From Prorocentrum cordatum (lineage: Eukaryota), in contig CAUYUJ010000092.1 in NCBI GenBank assembly GCA_963575745.1, positions 1 through 64,000 of the forward strand: DNA of 64,000 nucleotides, written 5' to 3'. Position 1 is the stretch's first letter, and each line of letters starts with the position of its first letter. A program made the translations under genes and the position numbers. Below are positions 1 through 13,700 of the stretch, piece after piece. Under the pieces are notes generated by a model that did no database searches, was not told where the DNA came from, and saw only the letters and a list, made by a program, of their open reading frames with translations.

Positions 1-124
1 GGGCACCCCCGGGCACGCCCGGGCACCGGGGCCCCCGGGCCCCCGGGCACCTGGGCACCCCCGGGCACCTGGGCACCCCGGGGCACCCGGGCCGTGGGCA
101 CCCCCAGGCACCCGGGCACCCGGG
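1..124. repeat. Short tandem repeat of (CCC)GGGCAC units, cut by window start
   Basis: About 12 degenerate copies of gggcacc(c) with ~9-10 bp period. Confidence 0.85.
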
Positions 125-1269
125 CGTGCAGCGAAAATCGGCGACAAACCTAATCTAACCATATGAATCCGCTAGGACCCCTACAGAGGCAAGCTCTGAT
201 TGGGGAATTACCTTCAGATGGGAATGCTGAGCCTCCGTTTTGGAAGTTCTCGATCCTCTGGGCTGGAGCAAGATGAGGAAGAAGGAGGAGGAGGAGGAGA
301 AGGAGGAGGAGGAGGGGGAGGAGGGAGGGGATGACTGCGTCCATGATGAACTCGGAAGCCACCAGCATTGGAGACAGCGCGAATCCGAATAATCAGAAAA
401 ATAAATTAAATATAATTTTCGTTTTGAAAATAGAATTGCATAAACATTAAATAAAATAAGAATACGAATAATACATCTCACACGAATGATGTTACGACTA
501 TTTTTCTTAAACGAAGACAAAACAAACCATAATGCGAGTACTACCGGTGATACTATAAAGCCGAATACGACTATGAGATTAGTGGTAATAAAATGCATGA
601 TAACAATCAGAATACCAGACAATCATAATCGTAAGTAAGTTCTAATAAAGTAATGCAACTTATTACGATGCGCAGCGTGTTTCCCATAATGATGATATAA
701 AAATAATAATAATAATAAGAAGAATAATCATCATCATAATCATAATCATAATAGTAATGATAGTAATGATAGTAATACTAGTAATAAGAGTAGTAGTAGT
801 AATAATAATAATGATACTAATAATAATAAAATAGTAATAACAGTAATACTAGTAATAATTAAGATAGTAAGACCAATCCCAACAACCACACCAATACGAA
901 CACGCATCATACTAATAAAGATATGGAACGAACCAATACTAAAACTAGTAATGATCACCATCGTGGGGAAACAAACCAATAAGCACTAAGACGAATAAGA
1001 GGTATACACATACGAATAATACGCATAAGACGAGGAGGAGGCTGCACGGGAGGCGGCACAGGTTCATAACAAATAGGAGGATGGTGCATGGCGAGGACGA
1101 GGAGAGATAGAGGGGCAGGAGGAGGAGGAGGAGGAACAGGAGGGGGAGGAGCAGGAAAAGAAGGTTGAAGAGGAGCACGAGGAGGATAAAGAGGAGAAAG
1201 AGGATATTGCAGGAAAAGGAGGAGGAGGAAGAGAATGAGGAGGGGGAGGAAGAGGAGCAGGAGGAGGAA

Positions 1270-4200
1270 CCACTCCGGCCAGGACCGCAAACGCTGCGAG
1301 CCCTGCACCTCCACGCCGCCCAGGGAGATCGGACCCTGGGCCGTTGGGCCGCCGAGACACCCCTCGGGAAAGCCCCCCCCAAAGATTCGGGGGAGGGAAG
1401 GCGCAAACCGCGTCGGCGGCATCGAGGACCTGGGCGGGCGGAGCGAGTTTGCGGCAGCAAGTGCACAGCCAGCGCCCCTGGACTTTCTCCCAGGAGTGAC
1501 GGCTGCGACCCAACGCGATCTGGATCCCCGAGGGCCCCGGGAAATCGCATTCGCGAGCGCCCGACAAGCCCGACGACTCACAACCGACGAAGGCAGTGAT
1601 GACATCCCTTCCCAGCGATGGCGTCCCGAAATCGCCCGTGAGCGCAGCGATGGCATCCCATTCGTCGGTCCGAAGCTCGCAACCGACGATGCATCGGGAA
1701 GCCCTGCGGACCGCGCCCCCTGTCACCTTATCTGCGCAAACGCTGCCCAAAGCAACATACTGGAGACCCTCGCCCCTCGCGCTCAACGCGCTCAACATCG
1801 TCATCGAGGTGACTCGGAATCCAGACAATGTCGATATAAGTTGGGAACGATCCTCTAGCTGGCAGGGCGGCCATCACTCGCGCTCTCAAGCCTCCGCCAC
1901 TACCGATGCACGAGCCAAAACGCCTGGCATTCCAACCATCGAACAACGAACGACAATCTGTATGGATGCGCATTTTTGCAATCGACCTCCCGAGGCGCAG
2001 CGCAAGGGTTAGCAACTCTGCCCCGGGTGCAGTTACAGTCTGCCTGGGCCCCCGCAGGCCACCGATGACGATGGCGGGCGGCGCCCGCGATCCCCCGTCA
2101 GGTCGTAGAGCAACCGCAGCAGCTCCGACGCGGTGCCGTCGAGGGTCAGCCGTATGCGGGCCGCCAGGTCCGTCGCCGAAAACATGCAGAACCTGGTCGC
2201 ACCTGCGCTCGTCGAACGGCTCGCCGTAAGCCTCGATCCAGTCGGCCCGGCGCTCGTCGAAGATCGGCGCGGCCAGCTCGGGCGGGCGCGCGTCACGAAG
2301 CCAGAGAGGGCGGCTCCCATCCCGCAGGAGCGACACGGATCAACCATTCACTTCATCAGAATCTGCGTGGGCCGCGTTGCACGGGCAGCTCCAAAGTCGG
2401 CAAGACAACGCTTCTTTCTCTGACAGGCGCCGCTGGCGCATCCCCTCCGAATCGCGGCCGGCCCGTTGCTGTCGCTCTCGGGCCCGCTGGCCGCCAAGCA
2501 CCACGACGGCGGTCTGCGCCCACAGGTCGTGGCCCCCCTTGGCAATGTAAGCCGGAGCTCTCGCTGCGCGCGCATCGCGTCGGCGCCGTTGACCAGGCTG
2601 CCGCCAGCAGGGTGCAGGGCTGCACGCTGCCACGCGCGACAACGAAAGATCACGTCCTCGAGCAGCTCGGAGGCGTCGGCGACGGCAAACCCACCGTCTT
2701 CGGTCGCAAGAATGGGCCACTCGCCCACAGAATCGGGCCCCGTGGGTCGCACCCATCGCTGGGGCGACTCAGGGCGCCAGTCGGCGTCCAGCAGCACGGC
2801 GACGACGGCAGCAGCAGGCCCGCGGATGCGACGCCATCGACGGGGCCCCGCTCGAGCGAGGGCCGTCTGCAGGCGGGGCCACGCGCGTCTGGCGCGCGCA
2901 TGGGCGTCTGGCCGAGTCCGCCACAGCTCTAGCCATCGGCTGCCCACCTGGCGCCCGAACACCGGCCCTGGGTCGCGCGGCCCGCATAGGGCGGCCTGCG
3001 TCGACGCCAGGCTGCGGCCGGGGCCCTTGCCGACGGCAGCCGCAGCAACGGCGCGGCGCAGCTCCGGCAGCGACGACGGCGCCAGGCCAGCAGCCAGGCG
3101 GCCGCAGGTCGCCTGCGGCTGCGCGCCCGTCGTCAAAGCACCGCGGTGCTCTTCGCCATACGGACCTCCTTCCGCATCCGCAGGACCCTGGCGACGCGCC
3201 CCCTAGCAGCCTGAAAGCGGCCCTTGGCCCGCCGCATGCGTCGCCGTCGCCCGCGCGCTGCGCCCGCGCCCAGGCCCGCCGCCCGCGGGGTGAAGGTCGT
3301 CGGAGCACCCGGCAGTCCTAGCCCGGCGGCCCCGAGGCGAGGTCGGAGCACACCAGGACAGCTTGCTGGAGACCACGAGGCCAGCCTGGTCGAAGCCCTC
3401 CTTGAGCGCGACCACTGACTCGACGATGTCGGACCTGACCATCTGGCGGGCGCCGACGGCCCCGCGCGCGGCGTCGTCGACGAACGCCCACAGCTGGGCC
3501 CGCTCACAGGCGCGGCGCGCCCGAGCGATCACGGGCCCAAGGGGCACCTTGGCCAGCTCGCCTCCGCGGCAGGACCCCGCCACCGCGGACCGTTCGGGCA
3601 GGGGCCGACGTCCGAGCCAGGCGCGTTGACGGGGGCGCAGGGGGCCTGCAAACAAATGCCCTCCATTCGCTGCGCGGCAGCGGCCGGCGCGCGGGCGAAG
3701 GAGATCGAGTCGCAAAACTTCTCGGTGTCGAGGAGGAGGGCGGCCGTGGCCCAGCCGTTCTCGACGTCGCACCCGTCTATGCAAGAGCGGCAGACATCAG
3801 CGCGAATAGCTGTCGAGCCTCGGATGGCCGTGCCCCGCCACTCGGGGTGCCCGTCGCTCCACTCGTCAATCGCAGCTGCTCGGATCTTCGACCGCAGCTT
3901 GCAGGTGGTGGGGGGGCATTCCGATGGCCCGATCTCCTCCAGCTCGCATGGGAATGGCACAGCCTATGGCCGCAGAGACTTGCCGCGGCCATGCCCCATC
4001 CGCCTTGCAGGCGTCGAGGCACGCCGCCAAGTCCCCGACGCCCTGGCCAGGCGCGCGCTGGAGACAGGGGACGAGGTCGTCGATGCCGCGCGCCCTGCCC
4101 GAGCTCGCGCGGCGCATGCCGTCGCGGGCACGGTCGCAGCTGACCAGCCTCAGGCCCCCCCGCTGCGCTCGGCGCAGGGCCTCGTTGGGCGCGGCCAGGA

Positions 4201-6590
4201 ACTCCGCTCGGTCAAAGGTCGGGCCCTTCCAAACGCGCCCCCGCTGCACGGCATTGCGCCCCGCGATGCCGTCGGGATGGGCGACCGAACGAGAAGCGGC
4301 GCCGCCGTCGGCGTCCACCGAGGCCCTGGGTCTCCAGCTGCTCGGCTCCGGGCCCCTTGACGTGCCGATTGGCAATCCCAGGCTTCTTCTCCCACGATAC
4401 GTCGGCCAACCGCACACAGCCGTTCCCGACCCGCTGCGGGCCCCGACCCACCATCCTGTGACACCGCCTGTCGGCGACCGACGCCGGCAGCTCGACGCCC
4501 TCGAGGCGCGGCGAGGGTTGCCGCGGGAGGGCGCTGGCGCGCGCGCGCGCCACCAGGTGGCCCCCTGCGCGAGGCGCTGGCCGGAGCACCGCTGGCGATG
4601 GCCAGCCGCCTCTCGGGCTCGAAGGAGAGGGGCGGCCTGGGCAACGCAGGCGCGCTGCTGCCGGAGGTCGGCGACGTTCGCCAGCAGCGCGACTAGGCGA
4701 ACCAGCAGCGCGTTGAGCGATAGCCAGCCGTCCAGGAAGTGATCCAGGAGGCGTGCGCGGCCAGGGGTAGATCTGCGCTCCTCGACGCGGCGCCCTTGGC
4801 CCCGTCCTCTCATGGCGGCGGCGCTGCGCTCTCCGACCGTCTCGGCGCAGATCAGCGCGTCCTCCAGGGCGCCGGCGCGCTGGGCGCGCAGCTTCGAGGC
4901 GCGGTCAGTGGCCGACGGGGGGCGCGAGAACAAGAAATTGACCATGCTCCGCGGGGCGTTGAGCACGCGGCCGTTGCCCCCGAACGGCAGCAGCACAGCG
5001 GGGCCAAAGCCCTGGGTCCACGGCGCACTCTACGTCGTCGGCCGCGGGCAACTTGTCGGAAACTCCCGCGACACACTGCGACAGCAGCTCGTCGAGCCCA
5101 CCTCCAAGCCTGACGCGCCCTGGCGGCGAAGTACGGGAGGAGTCGGGATCGGGCGAGCTCTGGCGGACCTCAGGGCCTCTGCTGGCGGGCCCCCCCCCCC
5201 CCTCGCGCCAGAAAATCCCCCCCCCTGCCCCCCCCCCCCGCCCCGCCCTTTGACGGCGCAGGGCGCGGCCGCCCGCCCCGCCGCCCCCGCCCTGGCGAGG
5301 GCGGCGGGCCAGCGGCGCGCCGCGCGACCAGGCTGCCGCGGAGGTCGATGGCCAAGAAGCGCCGCCCATGCAGCTTTTGCTAAATCCCCTCGACCATCTC
5401 GGCGGCGGCAACGGCGACGCGACAGCTCGGGGCAGTCAGTCTTTCAAATTGCCTGGGAAGTGAAAGGGCAATCGAGCTGCCGTCGTCCTCGAACTCGCCG
5501 CCGAAGCCGCCGTCGAGGTCGTCATCAATCTCGCGCATCGGCTCTAGATCAGCATCCAAGGTGGCGGCGCGGGCGGCCGCGGCCGCGGCCTCGGCGAGGG
5601 GCGCCGGCGCGGGCCCCCGCGGCGAGGCAGGCGCAGAGGCCCAGCTCCCCACGTCACTCCACTCGATGCCAGTAGCGCTGCGCCGCCAACCTGCCCAGGA
5701 GGCCGCGTAGTCCGGCAGCGGGATGACTGGCGACGCGTCCAGCTCTGCTCCTTCGCGACTGCCTGCCCCCGCATCTTCGCCGGCGTCATCAGGCTCGGCG
5801 CGGAGCGCGTCGTGAGCAGCGCGCAGCCCCTCGGGCAGCGCATCGCATCGCTCGCGCGCCTGCTCCGCGAGCTCGCGCCGACGGCGGCTGGCGGGGTCTG
5901 CCGTCGCCTTGGGCGGGCTGCGCAGCGGCGGCGCAGTCGGCAGAACCAGGACTGATGGTGCAAGCGGCGGTGGCTGGACGTGAACTCGAGCACCAGGCTG
6001 CAATGCGTGCGCCAGGGGACGTTAGCTCGGCCGCGACCTCGACGTGCTCGCTGCACCCCGCCGAGACGAGCACGCAGTCATACATCCTGCCCGCCCCCTT
6101 GTCGCATGTGGCCTTCACGCTGTGGGGGGTGGTGATGGTGGCCCCGAGGCGGGGCGGCCAGTCGGCGTCGTTCATTCCAATCGGCGACGATCACGAACGG
6201 GTCCTTGATGAGCGACAGGAAGGCGGCCATCGACGCCAGCCTCTGCTGGTCGCCCCGCGAAATCGAAGTTCTAGAACCAGGTGGGCCACGACCGCGGCGA
6301 CGTTCCCCTGCTGCAGGTGCCAGACCACCGGGTCGAAGGTCGCGGTGGCCAGGGTTTTCCTGGCCGCCGGCATCTCGCCCCCGGCGAACCCGTTGGCGGA
6401 GCGGCCCACGGGGTAGCAGGAGCGACTGCCACCTTCCAGTTATCCTTATGCAAGTCGACAGTATGCCTCTCCGCAGCCGAAAAAGAAAAGCTGGCCTCGC
6501 AAGAACCCACGACGTCGTAGCTGGCGCCGCGGCCCGCGAAGAACTGGCGGGCGGCGGGCCCGTGCTCCGTCATACTCCCGAAGAACATGC
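1270..6590 (-). pseudogene. LINE ORF2 (APE-RT-RNase H) with multiple frameshifts
   Basis: Domain motifs are split over ORFs 6271-7314, 5789-6175, 5544-6056, 3529-3960, 3203-3784, 1728-2336 and 1064-1828. Confidence 0.85.
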
Positions 6591-6699
6591 GGGCCTGGGC
6601 CTCCGACCCAGGGCGACGCGCGCGCCCGCGGCAGCGGCCGGCCTCGGCCGCAGCGGGGGCGGGCACGGCGCCATCGCCCACCAGAAGGCCCACCAGCGC

Positions 6700-7794
6700 G
6701 AGGAGCAGCCGCAGCAGCGAGTGCGGCTGCAGCGCTGCTCCCGCCGCCGCCCTTGGAGGCCTCGGCGCTCCGCTGGAGGTGCTCGGCGGCGAGCTGGGCC
6801 TGGGCCAGCTCGCGGGCGAAGGTCTGCAGCCTGGGATCGGCCGCGGGAGCAGGGGCGCCGCCTGAGCTGTCGGCTGCCTCCGAGGCGTCCCCCAGTGGCT
6901 CGCCCACTCCCGGCGCAGGGGGAGCAGCAGGGGCCGTGGCGGGGCTTGCCTCCGCTGGGGCAGCTGGAGCAGCTGGGGCCGCTGGGTCCGCGGGCGGGGT
7001 CGGTGGGGCTGGCGACGGCGCCGCCTGCCCGAGCCCGCGCTTCTCGCGGATCTCCTCGACGATCTGCTTCTTGCGCTGAAGGAAGATGGCCACCCTCGTG
7101 TCGCGTACGCACTTGGCCTCCTCCGCCTGCGCCCAGAAAAACTCCTGCTCAGCTCTGTCAACAGCGCCTTGGCAGCCTCCTCCTCGACATATCCGAGGTC
7201 GTCGACGTCCACAGCTTCCCAGACGATGGGCCTGGCCGAGGGAACGCGCGCGGTGGAGGGCGGCGGCAGCTGCTCCTGCATGGCCTGCCGCTTCTCCTCG
7301 CGCGCGGCGGCCACGGCCAGGCACGCGCGCTCCAGCTTAGCGCTGGAGACGGCCAGCTGCTGCTCCAGGTCGCGGCATGGCCCTCGCGGCTGATGGCGGA
7401 CTGCAGCCGCTGCGAGGAAGTGCGCACAGGCGGCGCAGGCGGCTTCGGCTCGAGGGCCGCGGCCACCTCGCGCAGGGCCAGGTACTTGGCGTCGTCCACG
7501 TCCACATCCCCAACGAGATACATGATGGTGTCAATGATGTTGCCAGTTGCCTCCCGCACCGCCGCCGCCCTTGGCCCCTTTCCCCCCTTTGCCGCCACTG
7601 CTGCCACCCATGCCTCCAGCGCCGTGGGACGCCCAGATGCCAGCAGGCGGGCGGGCGGCGACCACTCGAGGCTGCTGTTGACCTTGGCAAGAGAAGCAGC
7701 ACGTGTTTTTGGCGAAGTTCCACTTGTAGCAGCAGGCCTTGCAATGCACGAACTGCTGCCCCTGCGAGCGTCGTTCGCGCTGGCCCCTGCCCAT
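6700..7794 (-). pseudogene. LINE ORF1-like: RanBP2-type Zn finger, Gly-rich linker, helical/coiled-coil region; frameshifted
   Basis: ATG at 7794 (MGRGQRERRSQGQQFVHCKACCYKWNFAKNTCCFSC), GGKGGKG linker, then helical segments in other frames. Confidence 0.7.
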
Positions 7795-7938
7795 GACTGA
7801 ATGGATCGGAGCGAGGGAGCTCGAACCGCCGCCGCGCTGGCGACGACGGACGGCGACTCCCGACATGGAAACCAGGCTGAACAACCTTGACTGTGTCGGA
7901 CTAGCAGTATCCACGCGTTCCCCTGTGGAACAAAGCAC

Positions 7939-7960
7939 CTTGAGCCAAAATGGCTACGGA
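7939..7960 (-). other. Complete dinoflagellate spliced leader (DinoSL) copy
   Basis: Minus strand reads TCCGTAGCCATTTTGGCTCAAG, an exact match to the consensus DCCGTAGCCATTTTGGCTCAAG. Confidence 0.97.
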
Positions 7961-8385
7961 GCAGGAGGAGGAGGAAGGTGAGAAGACGAGGAGGAGGAGG
8001 AAGAGGAGGAGGAGGAGGAGGAAGAGGAGGAGGATTCGGTTGAAGGAGCCAGGAGGAGGAGGAGGCTGGAGGAGGCCGCCCCCCCACCCCACCCCACCCC
8101 ACCGCACCGCGACGTCCTCCAGCGTGCGCGCGCACTCGGGCGCCGACCCCTCTGAGGCCGCCTCCCCTAAGGACCGTCGCCTCGCCGGCGGACAGCCGCC
8201 GCCGCCGCCGTCGTCGCCGCCGCCTTCGCCGCCGCCGGCATGGATCAAGGCTTCGATGACAGAGGGCTCGAGGACTCGAGGGCTCGAGGGCATAGGTTTG
8301 GGAACTGGTGTCCACAAAGCCTTTGATAGGTCCTACTCTTGTTCTTCTTATCATTATTCCTCCTCCTCCTCCTCCCCCTCGTCCT

Positions 8386-9215
<830 letters not shown>

Positions 9216-10244
9216 ACGATTATTATTCCTATGTGTATTATAATCATTATTAATCTTATTAGTATTAGAATTCGTTTTATGTAGTTGTATTTGTAATATG
9301 GTTAATCATAATATTGTTTTGCTATATGATTATTATCATCGTCGTTATCGTGATCGACATTAATATTATTATTATACTAGTATTAGATTCACTCGCTTTC
9401 TTCTCCTTATGCTTACCATTGTTACTATTGGTATTCTTATTACTTTTGTTATTATGATTCCTTCTCCTCTTCCCCCTCCTCCTCTTCCTCCTCTTCCTCC
9501 TCCTCTTCATATTCCTCCTCCTCCTGTTCTTATTACAACTTGTGTTTATCCTCCCTTTATTCGTCCTCCTCCTCTTCCTCCTTCTTTTCCTCCTCCTCCT
9601 CCTCCTCTTCTTCCTCCTCCTCTTTTTCCTCCTCCCCCTCCTTTTCCGCCACCGCCCTCGTTCCATCCCTCCCCCTTCACTCCATTTTCCTCCATTCTTC
9701 CCTCTACCCATCCATCCCTCCTCCCTCCCTGTATCCTGCTATCCTCCCTCCTCCTCCTCCTCCTCCAAGGCGCCCCCTTGCAAAGCTGGAAGGAGCGCCG
9801 CCTGGGCCGCGCCGGCGGCGGTGACAGGGGCTCGGCCAACACGGCCTGCCGCGCCGCGTGTTCCGTGGCTCGGGCGGCGCTCGGCGGCGCCTGCTGCGGG
9901 CGCAGGCGACGAAACACCCGTCGCCGCTGCCGCCGTCGTCGCCACCGCCGTCGCCGTCGTCGCCGTCGTCGCCGACGTCGTCGAAATTGGAAGTTCCTCC
10001 GCCTCCTCCTCCTCCTCTTCCTCCTCCTCCTCGATCCTTGATCTGTCATGGAGGCGTGGCCGGAGTCGACCGCACCTCTCGAATTCAGTTCACCGCGCCA
10101 CCGCAGGCACGAGGCACGACACAACAAGCATGGGCCGCCCACAAAAAAGTAGAACAGTGCGCGCCGCCGGACAAAACAATTTAAAAACAAATCATTAATC
10201 ATCGAACAGTCGCGCCCGTCGAAAATACACACATCAGCAAAACT

Positions 10245-10562
10245 TGGCGACCCGAGGAGCGGGACCACACCAAGCCCTGGCGACCCGAGTAGCGGGACCA
10301 CACCAGGAGTTGCGAAAAAAGGCGGCCATCAGCCAAGCCAGAAGCGTAGACACCAAAACTCAACATCGCTGGGCGTCCCGAAGAACGGGACCACACCAAG
10401 CATTGGCGGCCCGATGAGCGGGACAGCGGAACCACACCAGCAGTAGACCCAGAGAGACACTGTAGAAAAGCAGCCCCTGCCACGAAAGCAAACGTAGACC
10501 GCGCGCCACACCCGAGGAGCGGGGCCACGCCAACGCTGGCGCCCTGGAGAGCGGGACCACAC
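10245..10562. repeat. Degenerate ~33-bp repeats with core GAGCGGGACCACACC, at the 3' end of the second LINE
   Basis: About 6 copies of gcgggaccacac with variable spacing. Confidence 0.7.
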
Positions 10563-10599
10563 TAGAATTGAAAATACAAGAAGCCAACCAGTCATTCCT

Positions 10600-13500
10600 G
10601 ACCTCCCATCGGCTTCGCCACTGCGCAGCCACCGGACCATGAACACCGCTTGGCTGTCTCTACAACTGTCTGCATCACCCTGTTCCCCCACAAGGGCTTG
10701 GACTCTGCCGGACCACTGCCCGCACCAAATCATGCGCACCGCCTGGTGGACTCGCCACCTGGGCTAATAGTTGACTCGACCAGCACTATACATTCGCCGA
10801 ACTGCTCACGGAACCTGCGAGCACTCTTTGGCCGCGCGCGCTTTCACGCCAGCGGCAGCCCCGTGGCACGCCAACTTGAGCCCGAAAAACTTGCCACCAA
10901 CGTTGGGGCACTTAGCAGGCGCACCCGGTGCAAACCACCGAATTGCCCGCGCGCGCAGGAACATCCCGGAGCACGCAAAACTTCATGCCCACCGCCAACC
11001 TAGGGTCAGCATCGCGAACTCGCCCACCTCGCGCAACGTCCGATTCAGGAAACAGCATGCCCTCCGCGGACTCAAGAAATACCCGAACTGCTTCAGCCCG
11101 CTATCGCTTGTAGATGGAACGCTCTGGCGAGCGAGACAATGCGCCCGTGGGGCACTGCTGCAACGTCGACGGCACGCAGAGACGTTGGACGTCCCACCTC
11201 GCAATATCCAGGTGCGCTTGCGCGCAAGCCGCGACGCTGCAATGGCGGCGCCTCCGACGCTGGACTAAACCGCAGAAGCATCAGATGTTCACCCTCCGAG
11301 ACAGCGGTTGCGATGGCGACGTTTCCGCTGGCGGCCCCCCCTTGCAATTCCTACAACTGCCGTTGAAATGCCACGCCAGGGAACCAACTAAGGTCCGCCG
11401 GCCCATCTGCGGACGAGACGCGCCTGCCCTCGCCACCAGCGGCACCCCAGTTCCCCGAGGGGGCGCGGCCGCCGCGGGTAGTTGTTCGCCTGGCGGCTCA
11501 GGCGCGGCAGGAGGTCGCGGCGCGCCAGAGACATCAAACGACTCGGGTGCCACCGTGCGGCGAAGAGCCGCACTCCATCAATCCTACTCGGTAGTTGACC
11601 AAGTCCTCGCAAGCATCGGGCGCCCTTCTTCGCCCTCCAGAGCGCGACTCACCACCGCGGGGCACTCGAAACGGCAATGGCCAACCAGGACATCCAAACG
11701 CGGGCAATCTCTGCACGCCACGCCCGATACCTTGCCACTGCCAAATACTGGGGCCGCATCCAAGGAGAGCCAGACCACGGCGCGCGCGTCGCCCCGGCCG
11801 CAGAAGGCGACTTGACCGCGGCCGCCGTGGCCCCGACGCACAAGGGAAGACCGTGACCAAGTTGTCTGCTCCGCCATCAGATGACGCTCCAAGACGCGTT
11901 TAATTTGCCATCTCTGGACCCGCAGATTGGGCAACTCCGTCAAGAAATTCGGCGGCGCGTTGATCGATGATATGGCCTTGACCGAACCCATCCTGGACAA
12001 TGGTTTAGGACGCCATCCCCCACCCAGCCAGGAGCCAAGATAGGTAGACCACCGCCACATGGACCTCTTGCACCTTGCCAACTTGCAAGCGTTTGACAAA
12101 TTTACACCGAGCCCTCTTAATCTCGCCTGGGCCGAACGTCTGATCCCAGATCGCCCTGCGCAGCGCGAGCAGTGGAGAGACTGCGACATAAAATGCTGGG
12201 CCATGGTAAGCGTCCTTCTGCATGGCCAGGCACGGCGCGAGACTAGCCCCGCGCCGTGGGTAACTGGCCAAACGCGCCGCCAAAATTCCGCTTCCTGCGC
12301 ATCTCCAGGTCCGACGCCCCGCTGACCATCGCTCCGTGCCCAACTGATGGAAGCGCACCAACTCTCTAAAACACCGCAATCTTAAGCCCGACCGTGTTCT
12401 CGAGCTGAAACACCCGCTTCAGACGCTGCTCAAGAACACCCTGACGGTTTCTCCCCTGCACCCCGCGGGCCACCTTGCCGCGCAGCTCGTGCACGAGATT
12501 GCGCATCTGAAGCTGTTCTGCGAGATCGCAGAAGCCAGGCACCTCGGTCAACCCTCTTGCCCCTTCCATTGCGACGTAGCTACAAAGCCACGCTTGCTGG
12601 CTTGGGTCGGATGCCCCAGCTCACGACCATCATGGATAAAGCCTGTACGTGCTTTCCAAAGCTGCGTGACCTGTCGAGCACGCTTGCCTCTCCAATAAAC
12701 TGACGTATGATGTACCAACCCTCTTGTCTTGGCAATACATGAATTCAACTCACTCTCTGCAGCGCCTTAGGCGTGAGCGCCGTCAACGGCGCAGCACTAT
12801 GACTGCATCAAACCAGGATGTCTCGAAAGGACCGAAGGCTGACCGAATGCGACGAGCAAACTTTAATAGTCCTTGGCGTGGCATGGTACACCATCCACGC
12901 CAAACGCCTCAGAGAAGCCATGGCGAAACACTCTCGAACGCCTTCCATGCATCCAATAACGCCGTGATTGAATGCTGTCCGTTAAACACCGCCACCTCCG
13001 CAACAACATCATGATTCACAGCCGACGCATTGTAAGACGTGCCAGCACCCCCCCCCCAGCTCACCAGGCGAAAGGCAGCTCGGCTTCCTTCAGCCACTTC
13101 CTCGAGACAACACTGCGCGCCCTGGGCCAGATCCTGACCACTGGGCTAACCAGACCAATGAGCCGATTGCCTCCGCAGTGGAGAATGCGCTGGTCAGGCC
13201 AGTACCCCTAGTGATCGCAGTGTGTTACATCGCGCCCAGCACCCCCAGCTTTTCGTCAATGACATGCCAAATATGCTCTTGGTGCAATACCAGCTCGGCC
13301 GATCGCTGTACGACTTGGGAACTTGAGAACCACCTTCCAAACGAACGCAACTGACAGAACTAGCGACCTCACACGTCCCCATATCTGCAGGCACTGTCAT
13401 TCAGAAGTGCCCATGATGTTCCCAAACAGCCTGCCACTTTGCAAACTCTCTGTCCACCACATTGCACGGCTGAGCGTGGCGCATCGCCTTGATCACCCCC

Positions 13501-13700
13501 TGTCTGGCGGGCACCTTCGTATGCTTGCCTTGCAACACCAACACCTGTGAGAAAACTACCGTCCGCCCAGCGGCACCATCTCTTCAACTTGCTCCTTATC
13601 ACCGTCCCATGTTCGATGGTGATTTTCTTGATCGTCGCGTCCGTCATGGCAAGAAACCCTCCAGCAGAAACAGCATCAATCCATCCTGAAAAGACATTAC
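10600..13700 (-). mobile_element. 5'-truncated, heavily decayed LINE (RT, RNase H-like region, C-terminal Cys motif)
   Basis: ALLDAWKAFESV (RT motif A); ILV*CSH (decayed motif B); LVHHTS at the expected LVDD position; KRGFVATS; RNLVHELRG; IWCGQWS near the 3' end; many stops and frameshifts. Confidence 0.75.

Larger units (their letters stand above)
1269..7960 (-). mobile_element. Full-length, decayed non-LTR retrotransposon (LINE; ORF1 with Zn finger, then APE endonuclease-RT-RNase H), capped by a spliced leader
   Basis: Motifs in colinear order across frameshifted minus-strand ORFs: Zn finger CKACCYKWNFAKNTCCFSC; APE-like IVADWN, TCDKGAGRMYDCVLVS, VPWRTH; RT LLLDTEKFCDSI and WAFVDD (3473-3484); RNase H VFGDG, AEL, IHTDC, WIPSH, GSVCAD; C-terminal WLCTCC. 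GGA-rich repeats on both sides. Confidence 0.9.

Noticed and set aside
7880..7960. SL RNA gene
   Set aside because: The SL is followed by GT but leads into the LINE 5' UTR and ORF1, abuts a microsatellite upstream, and shows no recognisable SL-RNA array context
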